Shown here piece by piece: positions 12,301-21,600 of a DNA stretch of 64,000 nucleotides; positions within the stretch are counted from its first letter, which is position 1, and the number at the start of each line of letters is the position of its first letter. Below the pieces are notes generated by a model. It ran no database searches and had not been told where the DNA came from. It saw nothing but the letters and a program-made list of their open reading frames with translations. The position numbers and the translations under genes were made by a program. Origin of the DNA: Macrostomum lignano (lineage: Eukaryota); contig NIVC01000104.1 in NCBI GenBank assembly GCA_002269645.1, forward strand, positions 186,001 to 250,000. The letters run 5' to 3'.

Positions 12301-14684
12301 AAACTTGGGCCGCCAGCTTCCCCCAGTTGGTTAAACTTGGGCCGCCACCCCTCCCCCTGTTGATTAAACTTGGACCGCCACCCCCTCCCCCAGTAATTAA
12401 ACTTGGGCCGCCACCCCCTCCCCCAGTAGGTAAACTCGGACCGCGACCCCCCTCCCCCAATATGTTAAACTTGGACCGCCAACCCCTCCCCCAATATGTC
12501 AAACTTGAACCGCCACCCCATCCTTCCATGCCAGTTGCGTAAACTGAGCCACCACCATCTCCTCAATAGGCTAACCTTGAATTCTCACAATTCAAAAGAG
12601 ACCGCATCGGATCAATTGAAAAAGCGACACTCTCGCAGGCAAGCGCCAGTGGGACTACTCCCCGGCCCGTTACTGCGGCAGTCCCAGTTTCTGCTCGACA
12701 ACGCGTAGAAATCGAAGCGTCAGTTCGAAGCAGCACCTACTAGTTGCATTTCTAAGCGACGTTCCCAATCATAGTGGGAAAAATACTAATAGAGGATTCC
12801 TGATGCGATACAGATGCTTGGCCTACAGTGAGTTAAAAAAAGTTTAGTAAGATGCAAACTGCTCTACTGTAAGTAGGTAAAATAACGAAAAATCTCTTAA
12901 CAATTAACCTTTATCCTTGTATGATATTTCAGAGCCGGCCATCGAGGCTAATCTATCGATGGGGCCGATGAACTATGCATTGATATGCGTTAGCTGCCTG
13001 CTAGCGGTCGGGTTTGCCTCGGCTATCACCTTGTTGGCTATTAATGAGAGACGACGAGCCTAAGTGAAACGTACGGCTTATGACAGTTTGACTTGGCTGG
13101 GCAATGATAAATATGATTAGTTGTTAAATCTACTACAGAGGTCGGTGAAAAGGGCCAGCTGATTTTTACCTTAAGGGCCAGATAAAGAATCGGGGCTTCG
13201 GGTTCGGGCCAGATGAGAGAAGAAAGGTGAGACAATAGAAGATGACAGAGGAGAGGAGAGATGGAATGAAAGAAAAGATAAGAAAGAAGATGATGGGAAA
13301 GAAGATAAGAGAGGAGAGAGAGAAGAAGTAAGAGAATAGATGGGAGAGAAGAGAGAAGGGGGAAGAGGGGAGAGGGGAGATGGGGGGTTTACTTTTTTAT
13401 CTACATGTATCTCTGACCTCTGTCCTTAAATATTTTTATCCCTCTCGCTGCGAATAAACTACTGATAGTAGAAAGAACTTTAACTGTATGCAATTATTGT
13501 ATTTTCATTGTACGCCTATCGTAAAATTGTTAAATTTTGAGAATCAGACTCGAGAAAAAACGCATATCACTGGCATAGCACTATTTTGTAAGTCCAAGAG
13601 GTTTCGAGTTTCAATAACTTTTCCAACGATGTTGATGCGATGGGAAAATTGATCATAATTAAGCTGGCGTTGGTTCGAGTATAGCAGAATTTCCTCATTT
13701 TTTGCTACTTTGAAAATCAACCTGAATCTGCTGCGACTGCAGACTGGCCTGATCAATTTGTGTAAGAAACCTGTCGATCTCACCTAATCAGAAACGTCAC
13801 CGAAGTGACCCAGGCGCCGCACCACACAAACTTGTCGCCCATCGCCTTCCTAAACGATTGGATCGGCGACTTTTTGAAGTAGCGCCCGATGGCGTACTCG
13901 ATTAGAAGCATCGGCGACGACCACAGGAACAGAAAAACAAACCACGTGACCAGAAAAATCAGGGTGCCTGTGGGTTGAGGTTCGAATGCGTCGTTACGCA
14001 GCTCTTAATAGCGGTATTTAGTAAATATTATGGCATCCCCTAGACCTGCAGTGTGATTAATCTTCTTTTGCTAGCCATTTGATACCTACATGTAGCCACT
14101 AAAGGTCTTACAAAAGTCAACACATAAATATATATATAACTGCGCATTTGTGGAACTAAAACTACATGCTTGACGGGAACAGCGTTTAACGTATAACGAA
14201 AAAAAGTTTGGGTAACTAAAAGTGAAAACTTTAGTTGTCGATTAGGGCATAGTTTAAGGGATAACGCAAAATTTTCTATTACGCTACTGTGAGTAGTTTT
14301 AGTTGCGGAAATGTCAGTAGATGGGTTAGTAAATCAGTATCCCCAGACCACGGGAGACACGATTACGATCGGTAGAAACTTCAGTAGCAAATATGACGGA
14401 TTGCCTAGATTGACTCACCCTGAGAGGCGCTGTTCTGCGCGGCGATTCTAGGAAATCGCCAAATATTTCCGGTGCCAACGACGGTGCCGAGACAGGAGAA
14501 AACGATAGCAGCTGACGAGCTAAACGCCTGTGGCGGCTTCGGCTCTTCAATATCGTCCGTGTCATGTTGCTGTTCGGACAAAAGAATGCAGCAAAATTTA
14601 TAGAACAAGTTTTCTTTTTTGAACATTAAGAATTTGTTAAACTTTGATGCTCACCCTGTTTCCAGCGTATTCCACCTCAGTCAT
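6352..14684 (-). CDS. SLC6/NSS (SNF-family) sodium:solute symporter; 11 exons, 576 aa
   Basis: Exons (minus) 14655-14684, 14419-14569, 13784-13967, 10171-10294, 9388-9592, 9056-9218, 8683-8957, 8153-8244, 7927-8078, 6862-6997, 6352-6570. All are GT-AG with consistent phases and sum to 1731 nt. Motifs: TM1 LGTVVGTGNIWRFP, TM2 LLIEYAIGR, TM3 CYYSVVLGW, TM6 WVDSASQNAFDTG, TM8 FAGVSSLIA. Confidence 0.92.
7193..7795 (+). mobile_element. hAT/Charlie-like MITE remnant with GA-rich interior, interrupted by a SINE
   Basis: Begins CAGAGGTCGGTGACTTTTACCTCAAGGGCC, matching the ends of the elements at 13136 and 38429 (reverse). Purine-rich filler lies on both sides of the SINE. The right TIR and TSD were not found. 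Confidence 0.5.
7338..7690 (+). mobile_element. tRNA-derived SINE, family B, copy 1
   Basis: A-box-like TTGCCCAGCGGTCTAGCGC and B-box-like GGCTCGATTCC. The body is shared in reverse orientation with 36165-36420. Confidence 0.65.
9770..10045. repeat. 24-bp minisatellite (CAGGGCAGGGAATCCCTAGTTGTT)n in SLC6 intron 4
   Basis: About 11 near-perfect units. Explains the CPEQLGIP and QGRESLVV ORF-track repeats. Confidence 0.95.
10554..13063 (+). CDS. Single-CUB-domain type I membrane protein, nested antisense in SLC6 intron 3; 5 exons, 234 aa
   Basis: Exons 10554-10650 (signal peptide MAIVTCAILCQCMPVLKAG), 11258-11393, 11471-11622, 12639-12827, 12933-13063, phase-consistent, 705 nt. CUB motifs: ISSPRYPDSY, CRWVI, CTRDFVEVRDG, RYCG, LLVAFLSD, RGFLMRY. 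C-terminal TM YALICVSCLLAVGFASAITLLAI followed by NERRRA*. Confidence 0.85.
10790..11100. repeat. 20-bp minisatellite (TTGACGTCACTTTGGGTGTC) with a 60-bp higher-order unit
   Basis: Visible tandem units. The last three 60-nt lines are near identical. Confidence 0.9.
11660..12530. repeat. ~33-35-bp C-rich minisatellite (CCCAGTTGGTTAAACTTGGGCCGC...) in CUB-gene intron 3
   Basis: About 25 units with a variable C-run spacer. Confidence 0.95.
13136..13422 (+). mobile_element. hAT/Charlie-like MITE with GA-rich interior
   Basis: Ends CAGAGGTCGGTGA... and ...TCTCTGACCTCTG are inverted. Same family as 7193 and 37739. The TSD does not match. Confidence 0.55.
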
Positions 14685-15884
14685 AACTGAATCAAAGTGG
14701 TTTAACAGCCAAGTCTACTGTTGCTCTGGAGTTTTTTTGCGATTAGTATTCAACGGCTACTACTGCTCTGCAAAGTAAATTTTATCGCAGCTCTGCCATG
14801 CTAAAATTGGCACACCGCAACCACTTTTATACCTGCCCGATTAAAAGCTCGGCCCTCCCACCCCCGAGCCAATTTTTCGGTCGAATAATTTTCCATGAAT
14901 CAGACCGAAATTCGCGGATTGTGGAATTGTGGCAAAGGGCGTTTTCTCAACACTACTTGTTTGACTTTTCGGGTCTCGCCCAAAAACTCATGGCCAACTG
15001 CACGCATTTAGCCTCGACTGCAAGGTTTAACTGCGCTGATAAGATACTGTATCTCACTTTTTGAAAAAAGAAACGACCCCAGGGCGGCTTGCTTATATGA
15101 CTCTCCAAGAACAGGTGCGCAGAGAGTAGGCATCGGCCAGGATCAACTCTTTATCCTGCGAAATTTATCGGCCTAAACAGCAAATATATTCGTGTATAAG
15201 AGCTGCCTGCATTCGATTTGATTTAATGTTCTTTTATTCCGCGACCTTAAACCTGCCCCGAGTGTTGGTGGGTGCATGGCATTTGGCTCGGCGTATTTTT
15301 ACCTTTACGATTGCGATAAAGTGAACTTTTCTTGGTTTCAAAACTCTTCTACTCTCATTTAACCTTCTGTAGGCGCTATCAAATCAGAGAGACTTTAGCG
15401 CGGGAGTTTATTTGCTGCTTGCAAAATTATGCCAAGAAAAGAGTGGCTTAAAATAAAAAGAACTTTGGCACACGCTTGGCTACGTGTAGCTTCAGTGAAC
15501 CATTGCATAGCATAACCTGTTATTCTGTTAAAAATGATCTAGCTATCAAGACTGAATTGGAAAGACGATTAACCGTTTGGCTTCTTTCCTTGCATATATG
15601 CACTATATGCATATTTTATTAGGATTTGAAATGCAATGCACGACTGATCGACTTTGTAGTTTATTTATTTCTAAATTTTAGCGGAATGCCGATGCTTCTG
15701 TAGAGTCATGTTCTAAGGCATGATCCAATTTTAGTCGCAAGATTTTTTGGCAACTCAACTCCCGCAAGGTTCAAGGACTTCTGAATGACTAAAATATCAG
15801 TCTGGTTTTATTAAATAATTTGAATAAAACCTTCTACATCGACAGACTTTGCTACATAGCTGTGAAGGAAAAACCTATATGCTA

Positions 15885-16190
15885 TGAAACAGTTGTAGCC
15901 CAGTGGTCAGAGCGTCAGACTCACGATCCTGAAAGGTCCGGTGGTTCTATTCTCGACTCACTCGGAACAATTTGTGTCCTTGAGCAAAAACACTTTACTC
16001 TCTGCATTGCTTCGTTCACCCAGCTGTAAAATGGGCGCCAGCATTAGCTGGGGTAATTGAGGCTGTGTGTGGCGACCCCCCCCCCTTCCCAGTCCTTGGA
16101 CTGAACAGCAATAGCCACAGCTGTGCTGTCGCAGCTTTTGCACATATGCCGGCCAAGGCAGGTGTAATAGAAAATGCGACTTGAATAATA
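15885..16190 (+). mobile_element. SINE family A, copy 3
   Basis: TAGCCCAGTGGTCAGAGCG A box, degenerate B box, CORE-like TGTGTCCTTGAGCAAAAACACTTTACTCTCTGCATTGC...CAGCTGTAAAATGGGC, and shared body. Confidence 0.75.
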
Positions 16191-16795
16191 AAATTTCCTA
16201 CCTAATTACATACTTTTCTACAGGCCTTATGCGTAAAAAATTAACAATTATTCAACTATTTTATCTTTTTTCTAAATAGACAACCATAACCGGCTGTTTA
16301 ATCAAGTAGTATAACGCATAAATTTTTTTATTCCTACTTATTTCGTCATCCGTCATTTCGTCTTCCAGTGTTGGGCACTTCCGTTACCGAGTAACTTGTA
16401 AATGGTAACGCAAGTTACTTTTTCGTAAAGCGTTCCTTACGCAAGTTACTTTCCTATTTTGGTAACGGAGTAACGGTAAGTTACTCAAATTTCGGAAGTC
16501 CGTTACAGTTACTTTGCAACAATCGCAATATTTAAATTTAAAACTGATATGCTTAGCTATTACGCCAGTTGTCACATTTTTAGCATTTTTCATTCCTAAA
16601 TTCAAAACTAAGTGAATAATATCATACGGTATTACGCTGTAATTAATAAAGAAATACTTGAAACATGTTTTTACTTTGTTATTTTCGGTAAAATATTTTT
16701 GCTTTTCGTTTTTAAGTTAATAAAAATATTTTGTTTAGTTCTTAGAAACAAACAACCAAAGAAAGAAATTCATCTGTAGTCTCCACAAATCCACT

Positions 16796-17108
16796 CAGTG
16801 ATCGACGTAGCCATGCAGGAATTTTAATTGGGGGGGGGGGCGGGTTGGCCTGGCTGGCCATGCCTCATGCCATTGCCACTTTTAGCGCCGCAGGCACTCA
16901 TTTTAGCGCCGCAAGCACTCATTTAAGCGCCGCAGGCACTCATTTAAGCGCCGCAGGCACTCATTTAAGCGCCGCAGGCACTCAATCGCCTCATGGTTTT
17001 TGGTACCCGCCACGCCCAACCCCACCCCCCCAGGTGGGGTGTCTTGCAGGTGGGGTGAAGTTGCCGCCCCAACGATTGTTAAGGCGGCCTCCCTGGCTAC
17101 ACCACTAA
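16796..17108. mobile_element. Nested small TIR element with internal 21-bp tandem repeats
   Basis: Ends CAGTG..GACGTAGCC / GGCTACACCACT. Flanks AATCCACT / AGTCCACT differ by one base. Internal (GCGCCGCAGGCACTCATTTAA)n. Confidence 0.55.
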
Positions 17109-17242
17109 AGTCCACTGGCACTGCACTGCACTGCACAATAATTTAATATTAATGATAATAATTGAAAATAAATAAAAAGACTAGTAAAGCAGACTGTAGA
17201 GTGGAGTATAAAGCCAGGTACTTATTACGAGTGATGTATTAT

Positions 17243-17276
17243 CAAGGACAACTGAAGTTACGTTAAGTTGTCCTTG
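17243..17276. mobile_element. 34-bp P-type transposon footprint with 8-bp TSD
   Basis: CAAGGACAACTGAAGTTACGTTAAGTTGTCCTTG, flanked by TGTATTAT at 17235-17242 and 17277-17284. The ends resemble those of the element at 63200-63894. Confidence 0.75.
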
Positions 17277-18692
17277 TGTATTATAACTTATAATGTTATT
17301 AAAAATTAAATTGCGTTTTGCCTTTAACGTTTCTGACCTTCAGCTTCTCTTCTTTTTACGGAAAGGGCCTAAAGTGATTAAAATTTAATACAGTTACTGA
17401 AATTAATGTTGTTGTACTCTTCCTCCTGGCTTTCGCGATCATTTGTGCTGTTCCATCACATTTGCAATGTTAAAAAAGCAGAAAATTTTGTTAATAACAT
17501 AGGTAACGGAAGTAAGTAACGGAAGTAACTTAAAAGTTACCGGGTTTTTGTTCAAAGTTACTAGGCTAACGTAAGTTACTTTTTAAAAAGTGGTAACTTA
17601 AGTTACAGTAACGCAAGTTACTTTTTTTGAGTAACTTGCCCAACACTGTCGTCTTCTAAGATGACCCCAACCTCGGTTCTTGTCACACTTCGTCAATATT
17701 AATCAACATACACCAATTACTGGAAGGGTGTTATTTTGTCATCTACCAAGTTATGTCTAACCTAAGTTAATTCATTAATGTGGAATTATTCTGTCAGCAT
17801 GGACTTAACTAACTTTCCAAAAATTTTACAACTTTTATTGAAACGCCAAATATATTTTATTTAGATTGATATTGTAGAAAATAAGCAGATTTTACCGACT
17901 TTTTCAATATGCGAATCAATATGCGATCGAAATTCATCGAAGCGCAACAGAAACATTATAGCTCGTAAAAAAGAATCAAATAGTAAACAAAACACTTTCT
18001 CTTAAATTTCGCATCGGATAAAGTAAAAAAAATTACAAAGAAAAAATTAGATTTTATTAGCTCGTAGAATAAATATTTTCTTACAATTTTTACTTCGGAA
18101 GAGAAAATACTTCTATCATTGAAACGTTCATAAGTAACTTTTTGTTTTATTAGATTAGATTTTTTCACAAAAACCAGGGCCCGCATGCAACAGTTATTTA
18201 ATTTTGCTTAAATTTGACTGCATAATTTTTTCTTTCTAAAAAATTAAAGCTTTTTATAGATAGTGAACATGCAAAATAAATAAAAGTGCAAAGCTGGATA
18301 ATCTATCAGACAAGTTAATCAAAATTGATAAAACAAAGAAACTTAGCCTAGCTACGTACTGGAAATTTAGTGCTTTTGGCAGGCAAACTTCCAGAAATTG
18401 GTAGCCAAAATTGGCAATATAATCTCGATTCATCTCGAATAGTATCGTTCAATATCGTTTTGAAATTCCTGATACTCCGCCAAACAAATATTTTTACTGT
18501 CAACTTGAAGATGGGTTTTAAACTTTAACAAAATCAACTTCAGATGTATAGTTTAAATCTTTTTTTCTGTTTTTGTGTTGCCTGCTTTACTTAACTTAGC
18601 CGCAGAATAAATTTCAGATGGAAATTATCCCTATGCACTATGTAGTTACCAGTCACATGTACCTCAAAACTTCAATCGACCAAAAAGTGACG

Positions 18693-21600
18693 TCAGATCA
18701 TGAAAGGCACAGGTCCACTGTAGGCTAACGCAATGGCAAACGACACCTTGCGCCTTTGACGAAATTCTTCTTTTCGCAACGAGTTCTCGGGCACTCGAAG
18801 CACCCAGCAGTCAAGTTCTTCGCAGACCACTCGATCGGTGTCGTTCAGGTAGCCAGTGAATGTTCTATAGCGAGTCTCGTTCAGGATGTACTTTTGTTGC
18901 TCTTCGAACGAGCGTCGTCTCGGTAGGTAAATCAAAGCTTTCAAGTTATCACCTGTGCCGAGAACAAGTCGGGGCACGTTTCGTCCAGGAAACGTCTTGG
19001 AGCTTCCCTGATGGCACGGATCGTCCCGTTTCGTCAGGCGATCGCACCTTTCCATCAGCTGCTTGGCCTCCTGCAGATGTTCTTTTCGCTTTGGATCCGT
19101 TGGCTTCCGAGAGAGCGCAGAGGCCAGATAGAACGCTCCGTGTATGAAGTTGGCAATGACGTCAGTAGTGAACTTCGTTCGCCAATCGGCAGCAAGTTGA
19201 ATGCCCCGTTCTAGCACGTCCTTTGTAGGTCGAGACAAGATAGTTAGCACACAAGCTTCCAAGTAAGTACGCGACAGCTTCGATTTGCACTGCAGCAAAA
19301 TCTCTAAAAGTGACTCAGAGTCCTTCGCATTCACTCCTTTTAGTCGCCAGACGCGATCCCACATAAGTCGCGCCAGCAGCTTGTTATCATCGGACTCATA
19401 AATATCCCATAGAGCCGAATCCTTAGATGCCTTCTTGCTCTGGGTGTACACATCCACAATCGTCCACGCATAGGCATTGTCCTTGATGTCTGTTCGAAGC
19501 TTCACGCTGCTTGCATTGATGGCCGATTGAGAGAAGCGATAGCGGCTGATAAATTCTTCTTTTGCATCATTTAGTTTTCCCATATCCTTTTCGGTTAGCG
19601 TTTCCGAGTCCACTTCGCCTTCTTCATGCATCTTCTCCAGGTTTAAAACATTCTCAATTATTTTCTGATGTGCTTCTCTAGCAACACAGAAGCAGTCGTT
19701 TTCAATCTCCTGAAAGTAAATTTCGCTGTCAGAGTGACACTCAGTTTCGAAGAAACGATTTAGCAGTATGCGCTGCGCCTGAATTTCGTAAACAAACGGG
19801 TGCGCTTTGTAAACGAAATCTCCAGTTGACTTTGCGGGAACTCTTTTTTGAATCTTCTTGCACAGGCGAATACTTTCGACAGCCCACGCCTGAGCCTCTT
19901 GAAAAGATATCTCTGGACCGGAGCTCACGCGACAGTTAATGAGGTGAGCGGATAAACCAAGGACTACATCATCAGTGCAAGTTGTGTCCGAGAAGAATGT
20001 CGCATCTTCAGTTATGTCCAATGCCTTACGGACAAAAACGATAGATTTTGTATGATCCTTCTGGTGGTATGCAACATAGCGAGCAAAGTGGACCAGCGTG
20101 TGAGACTTTGTTTCTGGAAAAGCATTTGCTAGTCTCGTGAATATGCGCTCAATTTCTTCCAATGGAAGGTTCTCGTGAAGAGTCATGAAGAAGTCAGTTA
20201 ACTTAGGATGTTTTGTCCTTTTCTGGCAAGAAATCAACCTTCGTACCAGGTAGGTCAAGCAGGAAAGCAGAGAGTCGGGTCCTTCTTCACCCATTTTGCA
20301 CAGACTGCTCACAAACATTCTGACTTGTTCTCCTTCTCGCTCGATAGGACTGATATCTTCAAAAAGATATTCAAGAATTTTCTCGCCGACAATCGATATT
20401 GGGGCCAACCCCCATCCTTTCCGCATTCTTTTCACAGTTAATAGATAACGCTGTTCTTCCAAGTGTTCCAACACCTGTAAAGGATCCTTCTGTTCTGGAG
20501 GAAGGTCCAGAAATTTGGCGGCTATCGATAAGTTCAAAGATGAGTGCGTGAAGTACTTCGTCAGGCAGGCAAAGCGCAGAAGAGAATTCTTTTTGTTTTC
20601 ACAATCCTCTAGAAGAGACTGAATAAAAACGTTAATCTTCACATAATCCTTTCTAAAGTGCCAGACGCCGAAAAGGAACGGTGTTCGATCAGTTTCCTTT
20701 TCGACTTTGTCCGTCAACTTGCGATTCTCATCGCCTCCGGATTCCATGTAGATTTTTGTGAATGCATTTGCCTCGTCTGGGCTAAGTTTTGCCGTCAAAA
20801 CTGGAATCTCAAAGTAGCACCGTTTCCTGTTAGTTTCTTTATTGGACTGAACTTGCTCCACGCAAACGGCAACAAATCTTGGCGCAGAAACGCGCCTGTT
20901 CAACTCTGACGCAAACGCATGAACAGATGAGTGTGGGAATTCCTTAGAGTCGAACAGCACTAGGACAGGTAGCTCTGTCTTCTTGTGCAGGGTACAAATA
21001 CCTTCAGACACTTCCTGCATTCGATCGAAGCACTTCACTTCAATGCAAGGGTACTCTTTACGAAGACGCCAAAGCACGATTTTGGCGATCGTTGACGCAC
21101 CAGATACTGCCTCGTGGGGTAAGCGAATGATCTGCCTGACGTTGGTGTCCCAGTTTGTGAAAGAACGGTTGCCGCAATGGCTAAGAGATTTGCTCACTTT
21201 TTCTTTCTGCGTCTCAACTTGTCTTCGCTCAACATATATTCCACTGTTTTGGTATCGTAGCTCATCATGCAGATGGAGCATCTCCTTTGTGAGTTCGTTT
21301 CCAGCTAAGAACTGACGGCGAACTTGATTAGTGTACTGTTCCTTCTGATCGAGGGCCTTGCTGAGGTACTTGGACTGACCAGACTGGATGTGGTAAAGCC
21401 GGAGGTACGGTTTAAACGTCGCGAACTGCTCGCGAGCCAAAGATATTTGGCCGTGCTTTCCAGGCAGCTCGTATTGTTTCAGTGCAACCATTGAAGGATA
21501 AATAGACTCAAATAGATGGCATAACTGATTCACAGGAACGAGAATCAAGTGTTCTTGCAGACTTTGATTCTTATAGACTTTCCTTAGCTGATCGCTTAGG

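Larger units (their letters stand above)
16366..17648. mobile_element. Non-autonomous hAT-type DNA transposon, 1283 bp
   Basis: TIRs CAGTGTTGGGCA / TGCCCAACACTG. Perfect 8-bp TSD TCGTCTTC at 16358-16365 and 17649-17656. Subterminal GTAAC/GTTAC arrays at both ends. Confidence 0.9.
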
